64,000 nucleotides of DNA from an uncultured cyanobacterium. GTDB taxonomy: Bacteria; Cyanobacteriota; Cyanobacteriia; Cyanobacteriales; Nostocaceae. Below, piece by piece: positions 20,811 through 32,004 of this stretch. Below the pieces are notes generated by a model. It was not told where the DNA came from, ran no database searches, and saw only the letters and a list, made by a program, of their open reading frames with translations. The translations under genes were made by a program, and so were the position numbers. The stretch spans positions 544,001 to 608,000 of the forward strand of contig CAVUDP010000004.1 in assembly GCA_963740315.1 (NCBI GenBank), read 5' to 3'. How positions within the stretch are numbered: the stretch's first letter is position 1; every line of letters starts with the position of its first letter.

Positions 20811-21629
20811 TTATTGATAACTAATCCAATCACTCCAACTGCCGGGATAAAGTTTACCCGTGTGAATTCCTGCTAATTCTAAAGAAAGTAAATTAACGCA
20901 GGCTGTAACACCAGAACCGCAATAAACTATTATTTCTTGATTATCTTTTAATTGCGACCAACGTTTACTTTGCTGTTGTTGTGGAAGTAAATAACCATCC
21001 GCATTAGTTACTTGTTTCCAAGGATAATTAATCGCACCTTCTATATGACCTGCTATTTTATCAATCGGTTCTCTAATACCTTGATAGCGATCGCTTTCTC
21101 TTGAATCTATTAAAGCTGTTGTAGCTAAATCTTTACGGTTTATCACAACTTCTCTATCTACTATCATTTGCGATCGTGGCTGAGGTATAAATTTACCTTT
21201 ACGTTGAGAAGGAACAATATCTGTAACGGGATATTCAGATGCAAGCCATCCACTAAAACCTCCATCTAAAACCGCTACTTGTTCGTGTCCTAAATAGCGT
21301 AACAACCACCACAAACGAGACGCGAAAGCAAGCTGCGAATCATCATAAGCGACAACTAAGGTTTCCCCATTCACTCCCATTGCTGATAATTTCTCGGCAA
21401 ATTCGTCAATATTAGGTAAAGGATGTCTTCCCCCATGTTTTTGTACGCTCGATGAAAGGTCTTGATTTAAATCTAAGTAATATGAACCAGGAATATGACT
21501 TGTTTGATACTGTTCTTTTCCCTGTTGTGGATTAGCTAGAGAAAAACGACAATCAAATACGACTATATCGGGATCGTTGAGATGTTCAAAAAGCCACTTA
21601 TTAGAAACAATAAAAGATGTGTCTTCCAT
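20811..21629 (-). CDS. Tandem-rhodanese sulfurtransferase (SseA-like)
   Basis: HIPGS, GHIEGA, YCGSGVTAC active site, YPGSWSDW; ATG at 21629 preferred. Confidence 0.9.
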   Translation of the reverse strand: MEDTSFIVSNKWLFEHLNDPDIVVFDCRFSLANPQQGKEQYQTSHIPGSYYLDLNQDLSSSVQKHGGRHPLPNIDEFAEKLSAMGVNGETLVVAYDDSQLAFASRLWWLLRYLGHEQVAVLDGGFSGWLASEYPVTDIVPSQRKGKFIPQPRSQMIVDREVVINRKDLATTALIDSRESDRYQGIREPIDKIAGHIEGAINYPWKQVTNADGYLLPQQQQSKRWSQLKDNQEIIVYCGSGVTACVNLLSLELAGIHTGKLYPGSWSDWISYQ

Positions 21630-21715
21630 AATTTTGGGTTTTGGATTAAAAAAAACAAGTTCCTGTCTTTCCAAGGGATAATTTCAAATATCCGAACGCG
21701 AATAAATTTTAATTT

Positions 21716-21764
21716 AAAATCTAAAATCTAAAATCTAAAATCTAAAATCTAAAATCTAAAATCG
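21716..21764. repeat. STRR (AAAATCT)x6-7 between divergent genes
   Basis: Heptamer array ending just before the ATG at 21766. Confidence 0.9.
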
Positions 21765-21765
21765 A

Positions 21766-22644
21766 ATGACTAATCAAGATTTTACACCACACCAAACAGC
21801 AGATGGCTCATTTACTTTCTTTTCTGAAGAATTCAATGAATTATTTCACAGTCATTTCGGAGCAAAACAAGAAAGCTATTTTAAGTATGTTGTTCCTACC
21901 TTATTAATAGATAAAGCCCCGAGGTCGGTATTACGATTATTAGATGTTTGTTATGGACTAGGATACAACACGGCAACCGCTATTGAAAAAATTTGGGAAA
22001 TTAATCCTAACTGTTATATAGAGGTTATTTGTCTGGAATTAAATCCAACAGTGCCCCAAGCTGCAATTAAACATAATTTACTCGATTGGAATACCGATCT
22101 GACAAAAATCTTGACAACACTAGCAATCGATCGTCAAGTACAAACAGAATATCTTAAAGCCACCCTGATAATTGGCGATGCTAGAGATAAAATTAACCAA
22201 GTATATCAATCGGGTTTTAAAGCTGACGCAATTTTTCTCGATCCTTTTTCACCACCTCAGTGTCCTCACTTATGGACTATTGAATTTATTGAATTAGTTT
22301 CTCGGTGTTTGCAACAAGATGGTTTATTAGCCACTTACTCTTGTGCTGCTGCTGTCCGCACCGCGCTTTTAAACGCCTCATTAAGCATTGGTTCGACTCT
22401 TCCTGTTGGTAGAAAATCTCCCGGTACAGTTGCCGGATTTAACGCAAAAGCATACGAAGAACAACTTTCAAGCCTTTCTCAATCTGAAAAAGAACATTTA
22501 CTAACCCGTGCTGCTGTTCCCTACCGAGATCCAAAACTAACTGACTCTGCATCTGTAATTATCAAACGGCGCGATCGCGAGCAACAAGCTTCTGACTTTG
22601 AACCTACATCACGTTGGCGTAAACGGTGGCATCTGGTAAATTAG
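21766..22644 (+). CDS. MnmC/MnmD-like tRNA methyltransferase domain protein
   Basis: TADGSFTFFS, DVCYGLGYN, FLDPFSPPQCPHLWT and ATYSCA motifs. Confidence 0.85.
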   Translation: MTNQDFTPHQTADGSFTFFSEEFNELFHSHFGAKQESYFKYVVPTLLIDKAPRSVLRLLDVCYGLGYNTATAIEKIWEINPNCYIEVICLELNPTVPQAAIKHNLLDWNTDLTKILTTLAIDRQVQTEYLKATLIIGDARDKINQVYQSGFKADAIFLDPFSPPQCPHLWTIEFIELVSRCLQQDGLLATYSCAAAVRTALLNASLSIGSTLPVGRKSPGTVAGFNAKAYEEQLSSLSQSEKEHLLTRAAVPYRDPKLTDSASVIIKRRDREQQASDFEPTSRWRKRWHLVN

Positions 22645-23224
22645 TTAACAATGTTTGCGGTAATTGCTTGTATCCTATGTATTCACCTATAACCGCAAGT
22701 TCTCCCATTACTTATAAAAAATACGCGGTTAAAATTAATACTTGTTAACAATAATATAATGTTTAGCGAAATAACAAAAAATGTGAGAAAAGTCACTTTC
22801 AATCCAGTTGAATATCATTGACATAGTGTTAATAACATATTTCAATAATCGTATTCATATTTGGGCGAAATTACTATCAATGGTTTATTTAACATTGTTT
22901 ACCGTCACAATAGTTCTTAACAAATCGATCTAAATTCTAGGATTTAAAGATTATTTAAATGATATTTGTTGAAGTAAATCTCCGTGGAAAACCTGATTGA
23001 ACATTAGCTTCAATTGACCATACTATAATTGTATAATAGGGAAAATTGTCAGACATAATTTCTCTATCTTCTTTAAAAAACCTAAAAAAAATTAGTCTTG
23101 TGTTTTTATTAAGTTATTTAGGCATAAATAATTAAAAGCCCTTATTAATGCTTTTTAAAATACGTTCAAGTACTAAACTAGATTTTGAAACATTGCATTG
23201 TTAATAAACAAATGGAGTGCCTTT

Positions 23225-24451
23225 GTGATTCAATGGAAATCCAATTATACAGGTTCTACCGATCGAAAAGTTAGTGGGTCAAACCCCACAACCTTATATA
23301 ATCAAATCGGTAAAAATAATGCCTTAACAACGGAGTCAGAACGTCATACAGGGGAGTTATCGAATCATGACTTAAAGGTTAAAGAAACATTAAATGAGGA
23401 TTCTAATAATTATGCGCGTGTTGATACCGAACGCGATTTAAAGGTTTCAAGAACGTTACAGAGGAAGGGATATACGTTAAATAGCTTTGAAAATGATGTT
23501 CCCAAAGTTTTGGTCGTTGACGATCATGCTGCTAGTCGAATGACAGCAGTAGCTCTTTTGGGAATGGAAGGTTACGAAGTAATTGAAGCCGAAAGTGGTT
23601 CTGCTGCTTTATATTTAGTCGGTGAAAAGCAACCAGATTTGATTTTGCTTGACGTAATGATGCCGGAAATGGATGGCTTTGAAGTTTGTCAATTGCTCAA
23701 GCAGGATGAGCAAACTAGGTTAATCCCGGTAATTTTCATTACGGCTTTGAACGATAGGCGATCGCGAATTCGGGGAATTGAAGTAGGGGCGGATGATTTT
23801 TTAAGCAAACCCTTTGACAGAGTGGAGTTGGCGGCACGGGTTAAGTCTTTGGTGCGCCAGAAACGTTTGAATGAAGATTTAGATCATGCTGAAAAAGCGC
23901 TGTTTTCGATTGCGAGGGCAATTGAAAGCCGCGATCCTAATACCGGCGATCATTGCGAACGCTTGGTAAAATTGGGAAAAACTTTTGGTGAATATCTCGG
24001 TCTTTCACGCAATCAAATTAGGGATTTGATGTGGGGCGGTTATCTTCACGATATCGGTAAGGTAGGTATTCCCGATTCGGTATTGCTTAAAAAAGGAAAA
24101 CTAACCGCCCAAGAGTGGGAAGTAATGAGACAGCACGTTTTAATTGGGGAAAAAATCTGTCAGCCATTACGCAGTATGCGGGGAGTAATTCCTATTATCC
24201 GCAGCCATCACGAACGCTGGGACGGTACTGGCTATCCCGACGGACTTAAAGGTAATGAAATTCCTTTCTTAGCGCAGGTGTTTCAAATGATTGATATTTT
24301 CGACGCTTTAACAAGCGAAAGACCATATAAAAAAGCTTTTACACCAACTGAAGCCCTATCAATTATGACGGAAGAAACAAACAAAGGCTGGCGCGATCGA
24401 AAACTAATGCAGCAGTTTACTGAATTTATTACTACCATAGATTGCAGCTAG
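23225..24451 (+). CDS. Response regulator with HD-GYP c-di-GMP phosphodiesterase domain
   Basis: Receiver VVDD...LLDVMMP; LHDIGK and HHERWDGTGYPDGL; GTG at 23225 has GGAG upstream (start uncertain). Confidence 0.9.
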   Translation: MIQWKSNYTGSTDRKVSGSNPTTLYNQIGKNNALTTESERHTGELSNHDLKVKETLNEDSNNYARVDTERDLKVSRTLQRKGYTLNSFENDVPKVLVVDDHAASRMTAVALLGMEGYEVIEAESGSAALYLVGEKQPDLILLDVMMPEMDGFEVCQLLKQDEQTRLIPVIFITALNDRRSRIRGIEVGADDFLSKPFDRVELAARVKSLVRQKRLNEDLDHAEKALFSIARAIESRDPNTGDHCERLVKLGKTFGEYLGLSRNQIRDLMWGGYLHDIGKVGIPDSVLLKKGKLTAQEWEVMRQHVLIGEKICQPLRSMRGVIPIIRSHHERWDGTGYPDGLKGNEIPFLAQVFQMIDIFDALTSERPYKKAFTPTEALSIMTEETNKGWRDRKLMQQFTEFITTIDCS

Positions 24452-24544
24452 TTGTAAGCGATTAACATTTCGGTTTGCTAGGGAATCGGGTATATTTAAG
24501 CCGAAATAAAAATTTGCATTTTTACTTATAGCTGTTGGCTGATT

Positions 24545-25897
24545 ATGGTAGTAGTAGCAATTTTAGCGGCTGGACGCGGTACAAGAATGAAATCAAACCT
24601 ACCCAAGGTTTTACATACTTTGGGCGGTAAATCGCTTGTAGAAAGAGTTATCCAAAGTGTTGAACCGCTGCAACCAGAACGTCGGATAGCGATCGTTGGG
24701 TATTTAGCACAAGAGGTAAAAACAGCATTACAGCCTATTGCCGATTTAGAGTTTGTCGAACAAACCGTGCAGTTAGGAACGGGTCATGCCATTCAGCAAT
24801 TATTGCCTCATTTAGAAGGGTACAATGGGGATCTGCTGATACTTAATGGCGATGTACCATTATTACGCAGCGAAACTCTCAAAAATTTCTTGCAAATCCA
24901 CCAAGAAAATCAAAATGCAGCGACTGTTCTGACAGCGAAACTCCCCAATCCTAAAGGCTATGGGCGAGTTTTTTGCGATGATAACAATGTAGTACAGCAA
25001 ATCGTTGAAGATAAAGACTGTACTGCTGCTCAAAGAGAAAATCAGCGGATCAACGCTGGGGTTTACTGTTTTCGCTGGCAAGATTTAGCAAAGATACTAC
25101 CTCATTTACAGACAAACAACGCTCAGAAAGAATATTATCTTACCGATGCCGTAACTCAAGTTACCCCAGTCATGGCGGTAGATGTAGAAGATTACCAAGA
25201 AATTGGAGGCATTAACGATCGCTTACAATTATCGAGTGCTTACGATATATTGCAAGCCAGAATCAAAGAAAAATGGATGAAAGCTGGTGTCACTTTGATA
25301 GACTCCGCCAGTATCACCATAGACGAAACAGTAGAATTACAACCAGACATAATTATTGAACCCCAAACTCACCTGCGCGGTAATACAGTCATTAAAGCAG
25401 GAAGTCGCATTGGTCCGGGAAGCTTAATTGAAAATAGCTTAATCGGCGAAAACGTCACCGTCAAATATTCCGTAATTACCGATAGCATAGTTCAAAATAA
25501 CAGCCGAATTGGACCTTACGCTCATTTACGAGGTCATGCAGAAGTTGGTGAAAACTGCCGTATAGGTAATTTTGTCGAATTGAAAAACAGCAAATTAGGC
25601 AACGGTACCAACGCCGCTCACCTCTCTTATCTGGGAGATACAACTATCGGAACCAAAGCAAATATCGGTGGAGGAACCATTACAGCCAACTACGACGGCG
25701 TTAAAAAACATCGAACCATAATTGGCAACAACACCGGAACTGGTTGCAATAGCGTTCTAATTGCACCAATTACTATAGGTAATAATGCATACGTAGCAGC
25801 CGGTTCAACCATCACAGATGATGTTCCAGATAACAGCTTAGTTATTGCTCGCCAGCGTCAAGTTGTTAAAGAAGGATGGGAGATGAAAAAGGAATAG
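24545..25897 (+). CDS. glmU: Bifunctional UDP-GlcNAc pyrophosphorylase / glucosamine-1-P acetyltransferase
   Basis: [31 protein letters not shown], hexapeptide repeats, NYDG. Confidence 0.97.
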   Translation: MVVVAILAAGRGTRMKSNLPKVLHTLGGKSLVERVIQSVEPLQPERRIAIVGYLAQEVKTALQPIADLEFVEQTVQLGTGHAIQQLLPHLEGYNGDLLILNGDVPLLRSETLKNFLQIHQENQNAATVLTAKLPNPKGYGRVFCDDNNVVQQIVEDKDCTAAQRENQRINAGVYCFRWQDLAKILPHLQTNNAQKEYYLTDAVTQVTPVMAVDVEDYQEIGGINDRLQLSSAYDILQARIKEKWMKAGVTLIDSASITIDETVELQPDIIIEPQTHLRGNTVIKAGSRIGPGSLIENSLIGENVTVKYSVITDSIVQNNSRIGPYAHLRGHAEVGENCRIGNFVELKNSKLGNGTNAAHLSYLGDTTIGTKANIGGGTITANYDGVKKHRTIIGNNTGTGCNSVLIAPITIGNNAYVAAGSTITDDVPDNSLVIARQRQVVKEGWEMKKE

Positions 25898-26159
25898 GAG
25901 ATGGGGAGAGGGGGAGATGGTAAGCCCAAAACGTGCGGATGAACACGACCGTTGAGAGAAGTGGCGCAACCCGTTACTCTAACGAGTCGTGCCGCGCTGA
26001 ACACGCGGAGCGTGCGGCGAGCGGGGGAGAGGGGGAGTACTTCGACAAGCTCAGTAACCTTTGGGGAGATGGGGAGAGGGGGTAGAATTTTATAACACCT
26101 AACTCCTCACTCCTAACTCCTAACTCCTCACTCAATGCCCCATGCCCCATGCCCACTTC

Positions 26160-27113
26160 TTAACTACATCCCACCTGCATTTCTTCGGACACTTCCAAGG
26201 TATCGCCGATTTTTTCGCCGTCGTGGTAGGCAGCAAGTAATACTTCGCTGGTTTTACCCCAAGCAATCGTTCCTTTGGCATCAAGGGCGATCGCACCCAA
26301 ATCCCGCTTATTTTGTTGCGATTCGATAAACGAACGCTGCATGGCATCTTGAAGAGTCATGCCATCACCCACGCGCACTACAATTCGGGGTGCTAAACAT
26401 TCATCAATAATATCCTCTCCAATACCCGTACAGCTTACTGCGGCTTCCTTAGTAGCATAATTACCGGCTGGCATGGCAGAATCACTGACACGCCCTATAC
26501 GCTCGAAGCCCTTACCACCCGTGGAAGTTCCCACTGACAAGTTTCCTTGGCTATCTAAAGCAACTACACCAATAGTGCCGCGTCGGGCGCTACCGTTTGA
26601 TATCAGTTCCTTTTGAGCTACTACCCCAGCCATTGTCTTTTTAAAGTTGTCTTGACGTTCGTGCAACCACTCTTGTAAACGCACGTCAGTTAAAGGGTTA
26701 TAACTGGGAACCTGTAGCTCCCTTGCCAACTCAGCAGCACCATAATCCGAAAGAACTCTATCGGTCGAACTTTGTAAAGCCTGCGCCAACTCAATAGGAT
26801 TTTGTATTCGCGTAATATTAATTACACCGCTAAAGCTTTGTGCCGTGCCATCCATTAAAGCAGCACTCATGCGAATTTGACCATCGGATTGCAGCACCGA
26901 ACCAGTACCGGCATTAAAACAAGGATCGTCTTCCAACATTTGACAACCCATGACAACCGCTTCACCCGCACTACCTCCGGACATCAGCAGAGAATAAATT
27001 TCCTCTACTACCTTATAAAGAGAGCGACGAACAATTTCCACTCCTCCTTTATCTTTAAGAGAACTACCAGCCCCGCCGTGAATAATTAATTTAGGTTGCA
27101 CCTTGAAATTCAT
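26160..27113 (-). CDS. iaaA: Isoaspartyl peptidase / plant-type L-asparaginase
   Basis: IIHGGAG, FNAGTGS, GTIGVVALD, TSTGG, GRVSDS and SCTGIGE motifs. Confidence 0.9.
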   Translation of the reverse strand: MNFKVQPKLIIHGGAGSSLKDKGGVEIVRRSLYKVVEEIYSLLMSGGSAGEAVVMGCQMLEDDPCFNAGTGSVLQSDGQIRMSAALMDGTAQSFSGVINITRIQNPIELAQALQSSTDRVLSDYGAAELARELQVPSYNPLTDVRLQEWLHERQDNFKKTMAGVVAQKELISNGSARRGTIGVVALDSQGNLSVGTSTGGKGFERIGRVSDSAMPAGNYATKEAAVSCTGIGEDIIDECLAPRIVVRVGDGMTLQDAMQRSFIESQQNKRDLGAIALDAKGTIAWGKTSEVLLAAYHDGEKIGDTLEVSEEMQVGCS

Positions 27114-27222
27114 TTTTATGATTTATTGTGTAGGTCTTATGGAGAAGATTTATTAGTAATTAGCGAGGGTATAGGGAAAAAAATAAAAAAGAAATATAAT
27201 TTCTAATCTGGGTTCCCAATAT

Positions 27223-27390
27223 TTAATCCCCACTCTCAACATTCACGTGAGTACGCCGACGACGGCAACGTTCAGAACAATATTTTACTTCATCCCAGCA
27301 ATCTGCCCATTTTTTGCGCCAACTAAAAGGACGCTGACAAACCGGACAGACTTTCGATGGTAAATCCGATTTAGAACGGTTACGTGCCAT
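27223..27390 (-). CDS. Small Cys-rich DUF2256-like protein (55 aa; not in the ORF track)
   Basis: Hand translation [55 protein letters not shown] matches the recalled CxxCxRPFxWRKKW...YCSxRC pattern. Confidence 0.85.
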   Translation of the reverse strand: MARNRSKSDLPSKVCPVCQRPFSWRKKWADCWDEVKYCSERCRRRRTHVNVESGD

Positions 27391-27435
27391 AAGAGTAACG
27401 CGATTTGCAAGAAATTAATTATAACTAGCGAGCAG

Positions 27436-27633
27436 GGAGATGGGGGGATGGGGTTCGGGGGAGATGGGGTTCGGGGGGGATGGGGGGATGGGGAGATGGG
27501 GGGGAGACAAAGAATAGTTAGGAGTTAGGAGTTAGGAGTTAGGAGTGAGAAGTGAGGAGTTATAAAATTCTTCCCCCTCTTCCCCCTCTACCCCCTCTAC
27601 CCTCTCTACCCCCTCTTTCCAATTCCCAATTCC
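27436..27633. repeat. Mixed STRR block
   Basis: GGGGGATG, TTAGGAG and CCCCTCTAC runs. Confidence 0.8.
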
Positions 27634-30498
27634 CTATTCAATCGGTAAAAGCAAACGACTAACTACTCTACCATCTGGTAATTGATAAAAATCCAATTGC
27701 CCTTGAAGTTGTTTTATCAGCTTTTTACATATTGATAGGTGTTTCATGGGTGCTTGTTTGAGTTTGGATTGAGCAAGCACGTCGGGGTTCGTATCTTGCT
27801 GTAATTCTTCTAATAATTGGGGATGAATTGTACCGTTGTCTGTAATGGATACTTCTAAAATTTGCTGTTCTAAACGACGACACCAAATATCGATTCTTCC
27901 GCCTTCTTGAGAACGATGACAAGCTGCAATTAACAATTCGCTCAGAATTAATTCAATTTTTACGATGTCGCCGCTTATCGTTATTTGTGAGTTAGAGATG
28001 AACGAATCATCTGTATATGAGTCCTCACCGTCCAATTTTTGTCCCAATCCATGCACTCCTACCCAGAGCTTATGTTGTTTGAGTAGTTTGTTGACTCCTT
28101 TCAAAGAACCTTTGATTAAACTTGCGATCGCTACTGTTTCGCGATTAAAAATTAATTGCCACTGTTCGGTTTTTAGCAGTGCAGTTGTAGAAGCAACGGT
28201 ATTATCTAACTGTCGTAGCAATTGCTGATAGCGTGTTAGGGTTAGTTGATCGTTCGGAATGCCTAAGTCGTGCATTTGACTCAGTAGCATGACGGTATTT
28301 CGACGGTTATCTTCAAAGCGCCGATGTTTGTACCAGTTTAATTGCTGCAATCCCTCCGTTTGTGAGTGAAGAAGTTGTGTAACTTGCTTTTGCCGACGCG
28401 ACCAAGCTAGGCGATCGATCAGAGTTTCTACAGCATCTAAAATTTCCGGCGACCATTGCCGTTGCGCTTCGTCTGCCATTAATATTACGCCAGTTGGTTC
28501 ATATTCAGCAGCAGTACGTAGAGCGATGAGCAAAATTTTCCCAATTCCGGAGCCGCAAAGCCACTGTCTGGTGGAAATAGGTAAATCCGAGGCATTTAAG
28601 CTGACTAATCCGGATGTGGTTAATGCTGAGTGAATCAGTAAATCGGTATTGATTGGAATAGTTAGATCGGTAACTACATTAAAGCGATCGTTCGCAACAA
28701 CTCCAGGTATAATTTGAGCAAATTTTTCGCCGGGATTCCAAGATAAGAGTACGGTTAAGGGACAGTTGAGAATTGTAGCTATTTGTTCGAGTACTACAAT
28801 TTCAGGAAGATTTTCTTTCTCTTCGATCGCGTTGGTATTGTGTAGCGGTTCGATAACTCGCAAACTTTGCCCAAAAGTATGCCAAATTTGTTGCTGATGT
28901 TGGGTTTGTTGATACAGTTGCCATTGACGGACGATCGCTCCTAGTTGCTGAGCAACAACTTGTACTAATTCCTTTTCCACAGTTGTCCAAGAGCGATCGC
29001 TTTCGTTGGCAATAACTAAAATTGCATTACTTATTTTTTGAGGAGTGCAGTTACTAACCAAAACCGAACGCAATCCTGCTTCGAGCAAAGAAGAACGCCA
29101 GTTAAAAAATCGTAAATCCTCTTCTAAGTTTTCTACACCTACAGCTTGTGTAGAACGTTCTAAAAGTTGTGCGTCTACTTCTTTTAAAGCATCCAAACTA
29201 AATTTTAAAGGTCGCCGTTTATGGGGTTGACTTTGGTAAAAAAAGTTATATTCGCCTACTTCGTTATCGTAAAATAATAATAAAAATCGAGTCGCAGCTA
29301 ATCGATTTAAAACTTTTGCCGCACAGTTATCTAAAACTTGTTCAATATCTTCATCGTTATAAATGCTTTCTACAATCTGACTTTTAAGATTCGCGTCTTC
29401 TTGTATTTGTTGGATGCTAGTTTCCATATTTTCGGTTAAGCAAACTAAGGAAATTAAGCCAGCCGCACCTTTGACAAAGTTTTTATCTGCTTCAGTCCAG
29501 ATGCGAGGTTCTTTACCTTCCACTGCTAAAAATCCTAACAAGTCTTTTTGCCAAAGAATAGGAGCAATTAAAAGACTGCGTACATCAAGTTGTTTGAGTA
29601 GATTTTTAGTACTATAACTTTTGAGCGAACTGCGTCCTTCTCCAATCCAAACTAATTGCGAAGCAGACATTGCATAATAAAAGTCGCTTAAATCTTCTAC
29701 CGTTACAGTATGTGCTTTCTTTTGACTTGATACTTTACCCAAGTTGAAACACTGAGTACTGATTCTCTGCCAAAAGTAACGTTTTTGAGGGTCAAACCAG
29801 TAAACGTTCGTCCGACTGGGCACGATAAACTGATGAGTAGAGGACACTACAGCCTCTAACCTTTGTTCTAAAGTGGCTAGAGTTCTTAATTTTTCTAAAA
29901 GTCGCAGTAATATCTCGTCTGGGTGTTTGGTTTGCTTATGTTGCAAATCCATTTCAAGTTGGAAAAGTGCCGTACCTAGTTCTCCTATGACGATCGTTAA
30001 CTGAGCCTTAGCTTCGCTACCAATTAAATAACCCCAGCGTTTGGAACCCAGCATTACCACACCCAAACAACGATCTTTGTGGCGGATGGGTAACATAATT
30101 GTTCCTTGGATATCGAACTTTGCCGCAATTTCTTGCCATCCTTCCGCCCGTTTTTCGACTCGCAAATCGGCTACACCCATCGGACGCTGTTGAATAACAA
30201 CTTGTTCTAACAAATCCCCCGGACTCAAAACCACCCTTTGTTCTAAATAGCTATTGTCACGATCGCTATCGGGTATCGCGCCGCCTTTGCCGAACAATAT
30301 ATGATTGAGACGATCGTAAAGAGCAATCCAAATTAATGAATAATCAAATTGCTCCTTTAAATATGAAATAGTCTTTTCAATCAGAACGTCAGCATTATCC
30401 TCTTCCCTCAAAGTTTGAAGGATGCGCCCTAATGAAAAGATTTGCTGCTCGGCGGCTGAAAATTTTTGATGCTGCCTCATCTGATTCTCGGTAAACAT
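27634..30498 (-). CDS. Multi-GAF sensor with degenerate histidine-kinase-like C-terminus
   Basis: Several GAF-like segments (LPIRHKDRCLGVV, APILWQKDLLGFL); HATPase-like ITDNG but no N-box Asn or GxGLG. Confidence 0.75.
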   Translation of the reverse strand: MFTENQMRQHQKFSAAEQQIFSLGRILQTLREEDNADVLIEKTISYLKEQFDYSLIWIALYDRLNHILFGKGGAIPDSDRDNSYLEQRVVLSPGDLLEQVVIQQRPMGVADLRVEKRAEGWQEIAAKFDIQGTIMLPIRHKDRCLGVVMLGSKRWGYLIGSEAKAQLTIVIGELGTALFQLEMDLQHKQTKHPDEILLRLLEKLRTLATLEQRLEAVVSSTHQFIVPSRTNVYWFDPQKRYFWQRISTQCFNLGKVSSQKKAHTVTVEDLSDFYYAMSASQLVWIGEGRSSLKSYSTKNLLKQLDVRSLLIAPILWQKDLLGFLAVEGKEPRIWTEADKNFVKGAAGLISLVCLTENMETSIQQIQEDANLKSQIVESIYNDEDIEQVLDNCAAKVLNRLAATRFLLLFYDNEVGEYNFFYQSQPHKRRPLKFSLDALKEVDAQLLERSTQAVGVENLEEDLRFFNWRSSLLEAGLRSVLVSNCTPQKISNAILVIANESDRSWTTVEKELVQVVAQQLGAIVRQWQLYQQTQHQQQIWHTFGQSLRVIEPLHNTNAIEEKENLPEIVVLEQIATILNCPLTVLLSWNPGEKFAQIIPGVVANDRFNVVTDLTIPINTDLLIHSALTTSGLVSLNASDLPISTRQWLCGSGIGKILLIALRTAAEYEPTGVILMADEAQRQWSPEILDAVETLIDRLAWSRRQKQVTQLLHSQTEGLQQLNWYKHRRFEDNRRNTVMLLSQMHDLGIPNDQLTLTRYQQLLRQLDNTVASTTALLKTEQWQLIFNRETVAIASLIKGSLKGVNKLLKQHKLWVGVHGLGQKLDGEDSYTDDSFISNSQITISGDIVKIELILSELLIAACHRSQEGGRIDIWCRRLEQQILEVSITDNGTIHPQLLEELQQDTNPDVLAQSKLKQAPMKHLSICKKLIKQLQGQLDFYQLPDGRVVSRLLLPIE

Positions 30499-30624
30499 AG
30501 CCTGTTACTATATAAGATGCCCAGAAAAGTCCCCCAACTTAAGCTTTCAATTATTTAAACTATTTATTGCCGAATATTTGTCAAAATATAAGTCAAAATA
30601 TAATCGTTCTTTTTTTAAACTAAA

Positions 30625-31755
30625 TTGGATATTTATCAAGTTGCACTACGTCCGCTCTTATTCAATCTCATAAAAGCAGATCCCGAAAACTTACATTCAA
30701 AGACAATTCGCACTTTGGAATGGTTGGGAAGTGGCGATCGCCCACCTGCTTTAGTCAAAAGTCGCTTGCAGCAATCGTTTTGTCTGCGCGATTCCCGTTT
30801 GTCACAATCGCTGTTTGGACTGCAATTTCCCAATCCCGTAGGTTTAGCAGCCGGATTTGATAAAGATGGTGTTGCCATTCCTATGTGGTCTAGTTTGGGT
30901 TTTGGTTTTGCAGAAGTCGGAACTGTTACCTCAGTTGCACAACCGGGAAATCCCCGTCCTCGGTTGTTTCGCTTACCGAACGATGAAGCCGCTCTTAACC
31001 GCATGGGTTTTAATAACTGCGGTGCAGCTGCAATGGCAGCACTTTTAGCACGCACTTCAAAGCCAGATCCTTTAATTCCTATCGGTATAAATTTAGGAAA
31101 ATCGAAAGTAACACCGTTAGAAGAAGCCCCCAAAGATTACCGTCACAGCTTCAGCTTACTGAAAAATTACGGTGATTACTTCGTAGTAAATGTATCTTCG
31201 CCTAATACGCCAGGATTGCGAAAACTGCAAGATGCAGCCATGTTAGGTTCTATATTGGATGCCTTACATGAAGAGAATAATTTACAAAAACCAATATTTG
31301 TGAAAATTGCGCCGGATTTGGAATGGGAAGCGATCGCAGAAATCGTATCTTTAGCTCAAAGTTATAAATTGGCGGGAATTATTGCCACCAATACCACAAT
31401 TAAGCGTGAAGGGTTAAATACTCAAATACTTGCTCAAACTGGTAACTCACTATCGGAAGAAGCGGGTGGAATCAGCGGAAAACCAGTGCGAGAACGTTCC
31501 ACGGAGATAATTCGGTATATTTGGCAGCAAAGCCAGGGTGAAATCCCTATTATCGGCGTTGGTGGTATTTTTACCGCAGAAGACGCTTGGGATAAAATTA
31601 CCGCTGGTGCTTGTTTAGTTCAAATTTATACAGGCTGGGTTTATCAAGGACCTGGAATCATCCGCCGCATTCTCAAAGGTTTGCTGTTGAAATTGTCAGA
31701 AAACGGATTGAATAACATATCTCAAGCCGTGGGATTAGCTAATAAAAATTGTTAG
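30625..31755 (+). CDS. pyrD: Quinone-dependent dihydroorotate dehydrogenase
   Basis: [32 protein letters not shown] and GGISG motifs. Confidence 0.96.
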   Translation: MDIYQVALRPLLFNLIKADPENLHSKTIRTLEWLGSGDRPPALVKSRLQQSFCLRDSRLSQSLFGLQFPNPVGLAAGFDKDGVAIPMWSSLGFGFAEVGTVTSVAQPGNPRPRLFRLPNDEAALNRMGFNNCGAAAMAALLARTSKPDPLIPIGINLGKSKVTPLEEAPKDYRHSFSLLKNYGDYFVVNVSSPNTPGLRKLQDAAMLGSILDALHEENNLQKPIFVKIAPDLEWEAIAEIVSLAQSYKLAGIIATNTTIKREGLNTQILAQTGNSLSEEAGGISGKPVRERSTEIIRYIWQQSQGEIPIIGVGGIFTAEDAWDKITAGACLVQIYTGWVYQGPGIIRRILKGLLLKLSENGLNNISQAVGLANKNC

Positions 31756-32004
31756 TTATCAGTAATAGGGAACGACCATCTGCTTAAAAAATACAACGGT
31801 TCTCAATCGAGTTTAACTGGTTCCTAGCTTCTAGCTGGGAATCCATATCTTAAGGCTCTGCCTCAAGAGGTTTTAAATAATATCTAATCACTGCAACATC
31901 GCCAAAAATTAAAAAAATCTTTAGGCGCATTTACTGCTACTAAGCGTGAGAACCGCTACATCAATGCACCCAAAAATTGAAAATTAACTTTTTCTAACTT
32001 GTGA

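Noticed and set aside
25974..26347. Short ORFs 25974-26156, 26132-26347 and 26135-26329
   Set aside because: Translations derive from STRR heptamers or overlap iaaA
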